Below are positions 9,600 to 19,677 of a stretch of DNA of 64,000 bases, one piece after another. The stretch lies in assembly GCA_025358055.1 (NCBI GenBank), contig JANYKV010000121.1, positions 585-64,584 on the forward strand, read 5' to 3'. A model generated the notes under the pieces. It saw only the letters and a list, made by a program, of their open reading frames with translations. It searched no databases and was not told where the DNA came from. Origin of the DNA: Gemmatimonadota bacterium (GTDB lineage Bacteria; Gemmatimonadota; Gemmatimonadetes; Gemmatimonadales; GWC2-71-9). The stretch's first letter is position 1, and every line of letters begins with the position of its first letter. The position numbers and the translations under genes were made by a program.

Positions 9600-10391
9600 T
9601 CAACCGGCGGAGTGGGTGGCGGCCGGCTCGACCTTCCGGAGCTGGCCGGTTGCTATGAGCAGGAGAGCCGCAACCATGATTCCAAGGCTCCAAGCCAGGA
9701 ATGCGACGCGCGTGACATCGCCGGCGTGGTTCGCCATGAGGTGGGCGAGGATGGCAATCAGGAGGCTCCCGCGGCTCCGCAGCATGAGCCATGTCATCAC
9801 CGTCGCGATCCCCGTGGCTCCCAAGACAAAAACCGGGAAGGACAACTGACTCTGAGAGAGAGTCGAAAAGTAGAAGGCGGGGAGATGCCAGACTCCCCAG
9901 ATGAATCCAAGGATCAGGCTCGACTTGGTGGGAGACCAACGATCCAGCATGCGGGGCAAGGCAAACCCGCGCCACCCCAATTCCTCGCCGAGCGGGCCGG
10001 GATCGAGGAAGAGGGCCGCGGCGAGTGAAGGTAGGAAGCCTCGGAAGACAAGGGTTGGGGTTGGCCCACCAAATAGGGTCCCGACGACACCGGAACAGTA
10101 TGAGACGGCGATGAACCCGCCCACGACGACCAGATACCAAACCCAGTGGGTCCGAAGCGGATTCAGCCGGGCGAACAGGCGCTTGAGTCCGGGCCGGCCT
10201 TCGAACCAGGTGGTCAACACCAAGGAAGCCATCGCCGGGGCGTAGACAGCCAAGAAGAAGAGAGGGCTCGTCTGATTCATCGAGCCGAAGACCCGCTCGA
10301 TTAGGTGGGGTGCGATCAAAGCGGCTCCCGCGACTCCCCAGGTCAGGATGAACACGAGGACAAAGTACGTGAGAAGTGGTCGGCTTTTCAC
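9600..10391 (-). CDS. CPBP (CAAX protease/Abi) family intramembrane protease
   Basis: Polytopic membrane protein with EELGWRG (EExxxR), WGVWH (FxxxH-type) and HLMANH motifs. Confidence 0.85.
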   Translation of the reverse strand: MKSRPLLTYFVLVFILTWGVAGAALIAPHLIERVFGSMNQTSPLFFLAVYAPAMASLVLTTWFEGRPGLKRLFARLNPLRTHWVWYLVVVGGFIAVSYCSGVVGTLFGGPTPTLVFRGFLPSLAAALFLDPGPLGEELGWRGFALPRMLDRWSPTKSSLILGFIWGVWHLPAFYFSTLSQSQLSFPVFVLGATGIATVMTWLMLRSRGSLLIAILAHLMANHAGDVTRVAFLAWSLGIMVAALLLIATGQLRKVEPAATHSAG

Positions 10392-11005
10392 AGGCGCCCT
10401 CTACTGTGGATGGCTGCGCTTCCTGGGTCGGGGACGGTAGGGAGGTAATAAAATGGCGGAAAGGCTGGAAGGCGGGAAGGGGGCTCTTCGACACGCCGTA
10501 CGGGCGCGCTTTCTTTCATCCCGGGCACAATTCCGGCACCCAAAACTATGCGGTGGTGTACCGCGACCGTGGAATCGGCATCGTGCTGCTCGGCAACAGT
10601 GACAATTTCGAGTCGGTGGCGCGGGAAATCGTTGCCGCGGGCATCGGCGATACCTTGTCTCCTTTCGATTTTCTGGGCTATACACCGTTCGACCCGGCGA
10701 GCCATCGGCCCGCGCCACCCCGGCGAGTAGCGATCCAGCTATCTCCGGCGGTCATCGCGGGCTATGCCGGCAAGTACCAGGGCGATCAAGAAAAAATGGT
10801 GGTGTTCATCAAGATCGAAGACGCCCGTCTGTATGTGTCGGACGATGGTACCTCATGGGATGAGGCGTACGCTGCATCGGATAGTGTGTTCTTCTTCAAA
10901 GGGAGAGACGTGACCCTCACTTTCCGAAAGAGTGCAAACGGAAAGGTCTCTCGGCTAGATGTTGGCATCGAGGGTTCCACCATGGTCGCCGGGAAGGTCG
11001 AGTAG
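10376..11005 (+). pseudogene. N-terminally truncated beta-lactamase-family serine hydrolase remnant with DUF3471-like C-terminal domain
   Basis: The ORF holds only the C-terminal third of a class-C-like serine hydrolase (FFHPGHNSGTQNYAVVYRDRGIGIVLLGNSDN) plus YAGKYQGDQEKMVVFIKIEDARLYVSDDG...LTFRKSANGKVSRLDV. No SxxK or YxN region is present. The upstream space is occupied by the divergent CPBP gene, whose first 16 nt overlap this ORF. Confidence 0.55.
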
Positions 11006-11105
11006 CGACCCCTCAACGCGCCTTCGCCAAACCTTCAATGAACCCCACGATTCCCTCGATCAACACCGAGACCAGCGGCGGGCTCGGATCGTGTGCGCTT
11101 GATGG

Positions 11106-12530
11106 TCACGAATCCATCGGCGGCCGAAGCTGAGCCCACGGGGCCATCTCCTCGAATGCCGCCGCTGCCCGAAGCACGGTCGCGTCGGCATGCCACCGTC
11201 CCACGATCTGGAGACCGATCGGGAGCCCGTCCGAATCGAATCCGCAAGGAACGGTGGCGGCCGGCTGGCCGGTCAGGTTGAAGGGTGCGGCGAAGGGGGC
11301 CCAGTCCATGGGGGTCTTCAGGGGTTGCCCTGCTATGTCCGAAGGACCGTCCGCTCCCGCGGTGAACGCGGTTCGGGCCAGTGTCGGCGTCAAGAGAAGG
11401 TCGTATCGCTCCATGAACTGGCGCACCTGCTGGTAGTAGCCGTTCCGCCGAATGGTGAGACGAGCTACCTCCACACCGGTAAGCTTTTGCCCCCACTCAA
11501 CCAAGCCGAGGCGGCCGAGCTCGATCTTGTCGCGAACCCGGTTCAGGTCGTCCGCGTGAAACGCCGCGGTGGCACTGGCCCACAGCTTGGCCCAAATATC
11601 GAGTGGGTCGTCAAACTGGGGTGCCACTTCCTCAACGACACAGCCGAGTTCGGTGAATCGATGTGCGGCCTTCGCGGTCGCTGCGGCAACCACGGGGTCC
11701 ACCATCGCGCCCCCGAGAGCGGGAGCCCATGCCGCTCGGAGTCCCTTGATTCCGCCATCACAGGCCGCGAGGTGGTCCAAACCGCTGGACCAGGACAATC
11801 GATCGCGCGCATCGGCGCCGGCGGTCACATTCATGAGCAACGCCGCGTCGCGCACCGTGCGGGTCATCGGGCCGAGGTGCGAGAGATCTCCGAATGCGCT
11901 TGGTGGATACTGCGGCACGAGATTGGCTGATGCCTTAAGACCGAAAATCCCACAGAAGGACGCTGGAATCCGGATTGATCCGCCCCCATCGCTTCCCTGG
12001 GCGAGAGGTCCCATGCCCGCCGCCACCGCCGCTGCGGCGCCACCACTGGAGCCGCCCGCGGTCTTCCCGTGGCGCCAAGGATTGTGGGTTGGTCCGACCA
12101 GCTTGTTTCCGGAATCGCCCTTCCACCCGAATTCCGGCGTGTTGGTCTTTCCCAACATCACTGCACCCGCGCCGTACACCCGTTCCATGAAAGGGGGATC
12201 GTAGTCCGGAACCCAATCGGGGTCGATCAGGGACCCACGAGTTGTCCGAATCCCTTTCGTCGGAGTCAAATCTTTGATCGAAATCGGGACGCCTTCCAAT
12301 GGCCGGGGTGTTCCGTTGGCTCCATAAGCACGTTCGGCGGCCACTGCTTGAGATCGAGCGAGATCGGCGGTAACAGTGATGAAGGCGGTATAGGCGGCGT
12401 TAAAGCGATCGATTCGGGCCAGAACGGCGTCGGTCACCTCCACGGGAGAGAACTTCCGACGGCGATACCCCTCGATCAGTTCGAGAGCGGAGAGATAACA
12501 GAGATCGGTGGCGTGAGACGGGATTCCCAT
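11106..12530 (-). CDS. Amidase (amidase-signature family)
   Basis: GGSSGGAAAAVAAG signature and an upstream KDL..TKGIRTT segment. Length of 474 aa is typical for the family. Confidence 0.9.
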   Translation of the reverse strand: MGIPSHATDLCYLSALELIEGYRRRKFSPVEVTDAVLARIDRFNAAYTAFITVTADLARSQAVAAERAYGANGTPRPLEGVPISIKDLTPTKGIRTTRGSLIDPDWVPDYDPPFMERVYGAGAVMLGKTNTPEFGWKGDSGNKLVGPTHNPWRHGKTAGGSSGGAAAAVAAGMGPLAQGSDGGGSIRIPASFCGIFGLKASANLVPQYPPSAFGDLSHLGPMTRTVRDAALLMNVTAGADARDRLSWSSGLDHLAACDGGIKGLRAAWAPALGGAMVDPVVAAATAKAAHRFTELGCVVEEVAPQFDDPLDIWAKLWASATAAFHADDLNRVRDKIELGRLGLVEWGQKLTGVEVARLTIRRNGYYQQVRQFMERYDLLLTPTLARTAFTAGADGPSDIAGQPLKTPMDWAPFAAPFNLTGQPAATVPCGFDSDGLPIGLQIVGRWHADATVLRAAAAFEEMAPWAQLRPPMDS

Positions 12531-12618
12531 TTTGCTTTCCCTTAGACAAACCGAAGGAGAGATCGACGAACGGTTGGGTGCGCTGGGGCTGGGTCGGTGG
12601 AGTTGCGGCTGTTATGGA

Positions 12619-15570
12619 TCACCGGTGTCGGACTGGGCCGAGCGTCTGATCGAGCCAGGCATTGATGGCTGGGACTCGGTCTTCGGCGAGAGGTACGTGG
12701 CCCGCGCCATTGATGAGGACGAGCTTCTTCGGCTCTCGTAGCAAATTCCAGAACGGTAGCCCGCGGCTGAGCCAGGTGTTCTCCTCGTCGTCGTGGCCAT
12801 TGAGCAACAATTTGGGGGGCTTGAGGTATGGCGCGAAATTGATATTGCTGGCTTCTGGGAGCGTGGGTTGAAGCCGCTCGTCGATGCCCCCCCCGACGAA
12901 CACGATGGTGTGAAATCGATCGTCCACGCCGGCCAGCAACGAACGCGAACCGGCTCCCCAGCTCAGCCCCAAATATGCTAGTCGGTTCATATCAATGTCG
13001 CTTCGGGTTTCGAGATAATCGAGCCCGGTCCGAAGCTCGATCCCCCGAAGTACCATCTCATCGCGGAACTGGACGCTGTTCGACTCAGCCGCCGGATGAT
13101 TTGGCTCCCACTCCCTCCCGATCATCCCCTTAAACACGGTTGCCCAGACGGCTCGACCGGCTTTGATGTGGGGGACGAGAAAGGACTCGACTTCATCGGG
13201 CATGGCGTGCGAATAGAAGGCCCCCGAACTCGCCACAAAGACGATGGTCTGGTATGGCGCGGCCGCCTGGCGCGGAAGGTACAGGTAGCCGAACACCGAG
13301 TCGTTGTTTGCCGCAAGGTATTGGATCTTCTCGCGGGTCCACTCCGACGCCGTGATCCTTTCGATGACCCGGGATTGGAGGGGGCGGCGATCGTATTGGT
13401 AATGACGGAGGAGCGCACGGAACTCCGTCTCACGGACCGGCTGATACGTGGGTGTGCGTTGCGCCAAGCTGAGTGGGGCGCTCCCTTGATCACTCTTCGG
13501 TTGTGCCGACGTTTTGGCGCAGCGGAATCCAAGCGTCCGAGAAGACGTGAAGGGACCGTACAGGCCATAGCGAGCGAACAGGTACACCGGGTCCTCGTAC
13601 GAACCCCCGGTCGCCACGAACTCCTCCCCGACTGCTGTACGCGTCCACTCCTTCACATTGCCGGCCATGTCATACGCGCCGTAGGGGCTAATCCCAAACG
13701 GGAAGCTTCCAACATCCGTGGTGCCCGTCGTGCCCAGGTTGGCCCGAAACGTGGCAGGCTCCCGCGGCACAGCGGCGCCCCATGGCATCACCAGCTCCTC
13801 AGCATGGGGCACCTCCGAGCTTCGCCCCGCCTGCTCCCATTGAAACAACGTCGGCAGCTCCCGCCCCTTCCATTCGCAGTAGGCCTCGGCTTCGTACCAG
13901 GAAATATCCGTCACCGGATGTCGGGCCATGCCAGGCTGGTATTCCTGGTTGCTCCACGAGCGAGGCCCGGGCAAGCCCGTACGGTCCATGAATCGGAGCG
14001 ACGCTTCCGTTCCGCTCAGTTGCTTTCCATGCTCGCGGAAAGGCGGGTGCCACCATCGAGGGTTAGTATAGCCTCCGGCCCGGAGGAATCCTGAATACTC
14101 CTGGTTGGTGACTTCGTAGCGATCAATGGCAAAGTCGTCGAGATGAGCAACCGCGTTTGCCGGCGCGTCGGGGCTCATGAGTCGATGATCACCGCCGGGC
14201 ACCCGGAGCATTCCGGTGGGAAGCGAGTCTCCCGGTTCCAGTTTGACCTGCACAGTGATGACCGAATCCGGTCGGAACAATTGCTCCGCCCTCGTGTAGG
14301 CGCTCGAAGCCATTCGCTCGATGGGCGCGAACCCCTGCTTCTTGATCACGACGCGATAGTCACCCCTCGCCACCCGGAGAAGCTTGATCGGTGTTGTGCC
14401 GGCCGAGACCGGCGCGATTTGATTTCCGGTGGGTACGAACCGTTGCAGCGTGACCTCCGCGCCAGTCGGCTCGGACGTGATGCTGAGTTGGTCGGAAGTC
14501 TGGGGCATGAGGTGGCTGAGCATGGAGTCGTCTGGGATCTGTCGCGCTGCTCGGCGCGCCATCTCGTACGCCTCAGCGAATTTACCCTGGTTCACCAAGA
14601 GTGCGATTTGCGGGAGCGAGGCTCGGGCCCGCTCCCGTTGCAGAGTGACCCAGAGCGGCCACGCCGCCAGGAACGCCAACATCGCGACGACGAGGGCAGC
14701 CAGGGCGAGTGGTCGGCGGCGTTTGGACACCGGCGCCACCGTTTTCTCGCAGGCGTCGGCGAACTCACCGATGGTTGGAAAGCGGTCGTCGACCACAGGG
14801 GCCAGCGCCCTCTTGATTGCCGCGTCCAACTCATCGGGAATCTCCGGCCGCATTGCTCGAGCCGACGGGACCGTCTCGGACACGCGCTTCCCAATGATCG
14901 CCTGGACGGTGGAAGCCCGATATGGTGCCTGCCCCGTCAGGCACTCAAACAGGACCGTCGCGAGCGCGTACTGATCCGCACGACCGTCGACCTCACGCTC
15001 TCCCATCATCTGCTCAATGCTCATATAGGCCGGAGTACCCAACACGATTCCCGTGGCGGTCAGGCGGTCGGTTCCCGATGTCGAGTAGGCGCGGGCGATC
15101 CCAAAATCGGTGACGACCGCCTCTCCCTGGTGCATCAGGATGTTTTCAGGTTTGATGTCCCGGTGTACCACCCCCTGTTGGTGCGCATACTCGAGGGCGC
15201 TGGCCACCTGCCTGACGATTTGAATGGCCTCGGAGATCGGAAGCTGCCCCACATGGTCCAGCTTTGCCCGAAGCGATTCACCTCGGACATACGGGAGCAC
15301 ATAATAGAGGACGCCGGCCGCCTCGCCCGAGTCGATCAACGTCAAAATATGGGGGTGGTCGAGCTTGGCCGTGATCCGCGCTTCCTGGAGGAACCGCTCC
15401 GGGCCAAGCACGGTGGCGAGTTCGGGTTTGAGGACCTTGATCGCGACCCGCCGGTCATGCCGGAGGTCGTGCGCGAGGTAGACCGTCGCCATGCCCCCTT
15501 CGCCGAGCATTTGTTCGATCTCATAGCGCTCGGCAAGGGCAGTCCGAAGCCGGTCTACCGCATCGGGCAA
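12619..15570 (-). CDS. Multidomain Ser/Thr kinase: kinase - TM - PEGA-like - FGE-sulfatase (SUMF1) - alpha/beta hydrolase
   Basis: GEGGMATVYLAHD, HRDIKPEN, DFG. TM helix PLALAALVVAMLAFLAAWPLWV. PEGA-like ITSEPTGAEVTL...TTPIKL...GDYRVVIKKQGF. FGE-sulfatase motifs YEVTNQEY, HPVTDISWYEAEAYCEW, MAGNVKEW, GFRCAK. C-terminal hydrolase-like LGLSWGAG...GHDDEE...GAGHVP. Confidence 0.85.
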   Translation of the reverse strand: MPDAVDRLRTALAERYEIEQMLGEGGMATVYLAHDLRHDRRVAIKVLKPELATVLGPERFLQEARITAKLDHPHILTLIDSGEAAGVLYYVLPYVRGESLRAKLDHVGQLPISEAIQIVRQVASALEYAHQQGVVHRDIKPENILMHQGEAVVTDFGIARAYSTSGTDRLTATGIVLGTPAYMSIEQMMGEREVDGRADQYALATVLFECLTGQAPYRASTVQAIIGKRVSETVPSARAMRPEIPDELDAAIKRALAPVVDDRFPTIGEFADACEKTVAPVSKRRRPLALAALVVAMLAFLAAWPLWVTLQRERARASLPQIALLVNQGKFAEAYEMARRAARQIPDDSMLSHLMPQTSDQLSITSEPTGAEVTLQRFVPTGNQIAPVSAGTTPIKLLRVARGDYRVVIKKQGFAPIERMASSAYTRAEQLFRPDSVITVQVKLEPGDSLPTGMLRVPGGDHRLMSPDAPANAVAHLDDFAIDRYEVTNQEYSGFLRAGGYTNPRWWHPPFREHGKQLSGTEASLRFMDRTGLPGPRSWSNQEYQPGMARHPVTDISWYEAEAYCEWKGRELPTLFQWEQAGRSSEVPHAEELVMPWGAAVPREPATFRANLGTTGTTDVGSFPFGISPYGAYDMAGNVKEWTRTAVGEEFVATGGSYEDPVYLFARYGLYGPFTSSRTLGFRCAKTSAQPKSDQGSAPLSLAQRTPTYQPVRETEFRALLRHYQYDRRPLQSRVIERITASEWTREKIQYLAANNDSVFGYLYLPRQAAAPYQTIVFVASSGAFYSHAMPDEVESFLVPHIKAGRAVWATVFKGMIGREWEPNHPAAESNSVQFRDEMVLRGIELRTGLDYLETRSDIDMNRLAYLGLSWGAGSRSLLAGVDDRFHTIVFVGGGIDERLQPTLPEASNINFAPYLKPPKLLLNGHDDEENTWLSRGLPFWNLLREPKKLVLINGAGHVPLAEDRVPAINAWLDQTLGPVRHR

Positions 15571-15779
15571 GCGTACCTCGCTGAAGGAGGGCAGGCGCTA
15601 CAAATCAACTATGAGGCAGATGCTTCCGGCAGTCCAGCGGCCGGGTCCACCCCTCTTGTCGTCCGTGTGCCCCCATCATCGTCGAATCCGCGATTCGTTC
15701 GCTGACGCCGGGTAGAAGGGATGATCGCGAGGATGGTGAGGCAGAGGCCGATCGGGTTGCCGCGCATGAACCGATGGAG

Positions 15780-16187
15780 CTACGGTATCCTGACAAAGAC
15801 CTTACCATCGCGAACCCGAGCCCGAAACTCCGGAAGCGGGTCCTTGGCCGGCCCGCGCGTCACCTGTCCTGCGGCATCGAAGGCGCTGCCATGACAAGGA
15901 CAGCGAATGAGCTGTTGGCGAGGGTTCCATCCGAGCTCGCAGCCCTCATGGGTGCAGAGCCCCGAAAAGGCGCGAACCGATCCACCGACGTTCAGCAGTA
16001 TGACCGGTTTGTCGCGATAGGTCGCCATTAGTGCCGATCCCGCCGGGACGCGGTCGAGATCGACGATGAGCGACGGATCGTCATCGGCGCAGCCAACCAG
16101 AGGACTGAGTCCCACAACGAGGGCCGCCGAGGAACAACGGAGCAACACGTCGACCGCCGCGCGCCGGGTGACCGGCTCGCCGCTCAT
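15780..16187 (-). CDS. Rieske [2Fe-2S] domain protein
   Basis: CTHEGC...CPCHGSAF Rieske cluster ligands. Hydrophobic or Tat-like N-terminus. 4-nt overlap with the upstream gene. Confidence 0.85.
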   Translation of the reverse strand: MSGEPVTRRAAVDVLLRCSSAALVVGLSPLVGCADDDPSLIVDLDRVPAGSALMATYRDKPVILLNVGGSVRAFSGLCTHEGCELGWNPRQQLIRCPCHGSAFDAAGQVTRGPAKDPLPEFRARVRDGKVFVRIP

Positions 16188-17290
16188 TGCGAGCCGCTTC
16201 CCGCTCGCTCGCCGCTCGGCCTTCGCGGCACTCGTGCGACCGTCATCCGCTGCGGATAGTGCCCAGCCTTGATCCGAGTCACTTCCTTCTGATCGGCCAA
16301 TGAGATGACGGAGATGTTGTCGTCCCCGCGGTTGCTCACATACGCGTACTTGCTATCCTTGCTGAACACCACCCAATTGGGTTGCGTGCCCACCGTCACC
16401 GTGCCGAGCAACGTAAGCGCGGGGTAAGAGTAGATCGCGGTGAAGCCGCTCAAGGACCCGTTCGCCACGAGGTAGTGGTGGTCGGGTGAGAGCCCCAGGC
16501 CGTGATTCATTACGAAGTTCGAGCCTTTCTCGGTCGGCGTCGGCAGGGGCTTGAGGACCGGAAGATTGACCGTTCGCACCACCTTGTCGCTTGCCAGGTC
16601 GACGACCACAAATCCGTGCAGCTTGGAGAGTTGAACGTATGCAAAACGCTCGTCGGGCGAGAGCTGGAATGGCCGCACGCCTTCGCTGAGTGGAATGACG
16701 CGTTTCACCGCGTGGGTGCCGCCGGCGTCGACTACCGCAAGCTGATTGGCGCCCATGGAGCCGACGTAGACGCTCTTCCCGTTGGGCGAGAGCAGAGTGC
16801 CGTGGGCGCCCATGCCGACGTTGGGCTTCGCGACGATGCTCCGGGTTTTGAGATCGACGACCACCAGCAGGCCTTTGTCGAACAGCGGTACGAAGAGGAA
16901 CTTCTCGTCGGCGGAGAGCGTGAGATGGTTGGGCACGCCGCCGACCGGAACCTGCCAGAGGACCTGTTCCGTCTCCGTGCTGATCGCGATCACGTCTTCC
17001 GCGTCGAGGCGGCTCACGAACAGGATGGTGCCATCCCGGTTCGAGATGATGTCGTCCGGGTGCTCGCCCACGAGTTTGGCTGGAATCGTCCCGACGACCT
17101 TGTGGCCCGGGATCTCGATTACACTGATGTCGCCGCTGAGGCTGTTCCCGACGTAGAGATACTCCTTCGCCGTTTGTGCCGCGATCGGAGTGGCGAACAG
17201 CAGGGCCGGCAACAGGAGAGCGAGCGCGAGGGACAGCGGGTGAGTTGGTTGGCGGGGGGGCATGGTCCGCTCCGGTTCATGGTGATCCAC
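16184..17290 (-). CDS. Secreted YVTN-type beta-propeller repeat protein
   Basis: Signal peptide PLSLALALLLPALLFATPIAAQ. Repeated ~40-aa units (YVGNSLSGDISVI, LFVSRLDAEDVIAI, VYVGSMGANQLAVVD, YVSNRGDDNISVI). A likely internal start is near 17263. Confidence 0.75.
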   Translation of the reverse strand: MDHHEPERTMPPRQPTHPLSLALALLLPALLFATPIAAQTAKEYLYVGNSLSGDISVIEIPGHKVVGTIPAKLVGEHPDDIISNRDGTILFVSRLDAEDVIAISTETEQVLWQVPVGGVPNHLTLSADEKFLFVPLFDKGLLVVVDLKTRSIVAKPNVGMGAHGTLLSPNGKSVYVGSMGANQLAVVDAGGTHAVKRVIPLSEGVRPFQLSPDERFAYVQLSKLHGFVVVDLASDKVVRTVNLPVLKPLPTPTEKGSNFVMNHGLGLSPDHHYLVANGSLSGFTAIYSYPALTLLGTVTVGTQPNWVVFSKDSKYAYVSNRGDDNISVISLADQKEVTRIKAGHYPQRMTVARVPRRPSGERAGSGSQ

Positions 17291-17441
17291 GGTGGCATCG
17301 GGTGCGGCCCAAAGGTCGCTCTCTTCGGCCCCGTCTTCAATAGGTCAGGCTTGGGCTGACCAAATCCACGGCGCGACTCGAACTAACCGAACGTGGCGCA
17401 CGCGAGTAACAACGCCCCCCCCGGTGGGGCAAACCATCCAT

Positions 17442-18023
17442 TCATGGATGAAATGCTTCTCCTTTGGCCAACATCGCAAGCATCGCTTTCATGCGCTTCT
17501 CTCGCGTTTCCGGTTTCGCTGCCGTCCGAAGCCTCCACGCGATCGAGTACCTATTCGCCTTGTTGAGCGTCTCGAAGAACGCTTTGGCTTTCTTATCTTT
17601 GGACAGTTCTTTGAGGAAGTCATCGGGTACGGACATGTTACCCGGCGAGTCGTATGCCCTCTGCCAACGGCCATCGCGTTTTGCCGCTTCAACTTCTGTG
17701 ATTCCGGCCCGTGTCATCCTACCCGCCGCGGTGAGTCGCGTGACATGCTCGGTATTCCGCTTTGACCAGACGCTCCGCGCCCGTCGCGGGGTGAACTTAC
17801 GAAGCCACGACGCCGCGTCATACGGTTTCAACTGGCCGTCAATCCATCCGTAGCACAGTGCGGCGTCAAGTGCCTCAGCGTAGCTGATGGTTTGTTTGCC
17901 GGAGGCCTTTTTATGAAACTGTAACCAAATGCCGTCTGATCGCGCATGATTAACCGCGAGCCACCCTTCCCATTTCTTCTGGGATTGAAACGCAACGATT
18001 GGGGCGTCGGTTTTGGGATTCAT
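17442..18023 (-). CDS. YdeI/OmpD-associated family protein
   Basis: WEGWL..NH....GIWL.F.KK.SGK.TISY.EALD.ALCYGWIDGQ...D......KFTPRR..S.WS..N is a pattern typical of the family. The gene has visibly lower GC than its neighbours. Confidence 0.7.
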   Translation of the reverse strand: MNPKTDAPIVAFQSQKKWEGWLAVNHARSDGIWLQFHKKASGKQTISYAEALDAALCYGWIDGQLKPYDAASWLRKFTPRRARSVWSKRNTEHVTRLTAAGRMTRAGITEVEAAKRDGRWQRAYDSPGNMSVPDDFLKELSKDKKAKAFFETLNKANRYSIAWRLRTAAKPETREKRMKAMLAMLAKGEAFHP

Positions 18024-18053
18024 GTCGCAATTTATCCCGCTTCACCTTTGGCC

Positions 18054-19436
18054 TCAACGCCTATTGGGATCAAGGAAGCCGGACGTCGTCTCGAGGTGCC
18101 GCAATAGTCTTCGCCGCGTTTCCGCATTGATAAGGCGTCCATTGGCGACGACGGCCACGACGCGTCTCGTGTTCCGGATGTCCTCGAGCGGATTCGCCTC
18201 CAAGAGAACCAAATCGGCAATCTTTCCGGGCTCGACGGTGCCGAGCGAATCGAGCATCCCGAAGTAACGGGCAGGCTCGATCGTTGCCGAGGCGAGGACG
18301 TCGAACGTCGACATGCCTCCGCGGGCGAAAAGCTCTAGCTCACTGTGCAATCCAAAACCGGGCGGGCTGTTGCGAAGCGGCGCATCGGTACCCGGCATCA
18401 CCACCACACCAGCCCGGTGCATGGCACCAACCAATGCCACCCGCTTTTCAAACAATGCTTGGCCGGTGGAATCGGCCCCCGGTGGCACATCGCTTGGCAT
18501 CTCGAAGATCTGCGCGACGTAACGCCGCAAGGAATCGGGCAAGTAACGCGCGTAGGCATCACCCGGGAGGTCGCGTTTCGGCCAGTGTGCCACCTCATAT
18601 TGCGCGACCAAGGTTGGCACGACCCACGTGCCGTTCCGCGCCAATCGGGCCCAGAGAGGCGCGAAATCCTCCGAAGTGCACCGCCCGAGGACAACCTGGA
18701 TTGCGAACTTCGGGCGGAGGGCCGCGGAATCCTCTGGGGTACAAGGGGTGGGGAACTGCAGGAGATGCTCCAGGCTTCGCTGACCCGAATCCGATGCCTC
18801 CGCGACCGATATGCTCTTGGGAACATGGCCGACGAAGGGGATGCCCCGCGCGCGCGCGCGCCGGGCCGCGGCGAAAAAGACCTCGCGTTTGAACTGACTG
18901 TGGAGCTTTATGAAATCAACGCCCAGGCGGACGAGGGAATCGACCGCATCGCGAGCCTCCTCGGGAGTGCGGGCGAGGAGGTGCGGAATCGGTACGTCAC
19001 CGCCCTCGATGTAGGGACCGGATGCTATGATCCTTGGACCGGTCAGTTTTCCAACGGCGATCGCCTTTCTCCACGTGGTCAGCTGGGTCCATTCACCAGC
19101 CATGTCTCGAACGCCGGTCACGCCGTTGGCCACATAGAGCGCGAGCGTAGCCTGGCCGCCCGGCATCGTCGTATGGACATGCATATCCCAGAACCCGGGG
19201 ACAAGGTACTTGCCGGTGCCATCCAGCACCCGCGCACCCCGCGGCGCCCGCACCGCGTCCGCCGGCCCGACCTTGGTGATTCGGTTGCCCTGAATCAACA
19301 CGGTCTCGTCGAGTCGCGGTTGTGGGCTGTTCCCGTCGATGACAGTGACATGGGTAATCGCAATGATGCTCTGTGCTGGCGCTTGCCGAGGAAAGAGAGC
19401 GCCGATCAGGGTCAAGAGAAAGACGAACCGTCTCAT
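18054..19436 (-). CDS. Secreted amidohydrolase-family metal hydrolase
   Basis: Signal peptide MRRFVFLLTLIGALFPRQAPAQ. GFWDMHVH metal-binding motif. C-terminal GKIADLVLL motif. Confidence 0.8.
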   Translation of the reverse strand: MRRFVFLLTLIGALFPRQAPAQSIIAITHVTVIDGNSPQPRLDETVLIQGNRITKVGPADAVRAPRGARVLDGTGKYLVPGFWDMHVHTTMPGGQATLALYVANGVTGVRDMAGEWTQLTTWRKAIAVGKLTGPRIIASGPYIEGGDVPIPHLLARTPEEARDAVDSLVRLGVDFIKLHSQFKREVFFAAARRARARGIPFVGHVPKSISVAEASDSGQRSLEHLLQFPTPCTPEDSAALRPKFAIQVVLGRCTSEDFAPLWARLARNGTWVVPTLVAQYEVAHWPKRDLPGDAYARYLPDSLRRYVAQIFEMPSDVPPGADSTGQALFEKRVALVGAMHRAGVVVMPGTDAPLRNSPPGFGLHSELELFARGGMSTFDVLASATIEPARYFGMLDSLGTVEPGKIADLVLLEANPLEDIRNTRRVVAVVANGRLINAETRRRLLRHLETTSGFLDPNRR

Positions 19437-19677
19437 GTGACGAGCCTCGACACTGTTCGATCTGAGGAGTGGCCGCTGAGCCGTGAGCCGCTAACGGCGA
19501 TGGGTCCTAAATGAAGATAGGTTCCGGAGACTCGCCTCGTCCACGCCCCGCGTTGTCAGCCGGTATGCTCAACTTGAGCGGGAGGTAGGGTTACGAGTGC
19601 CTTCCGATGCCGGCCTGCTGGCTCCCCGGCGTCTGGGGGGTCATATTTCCGCCACTCCACACCCTCGCTGAGGTACC

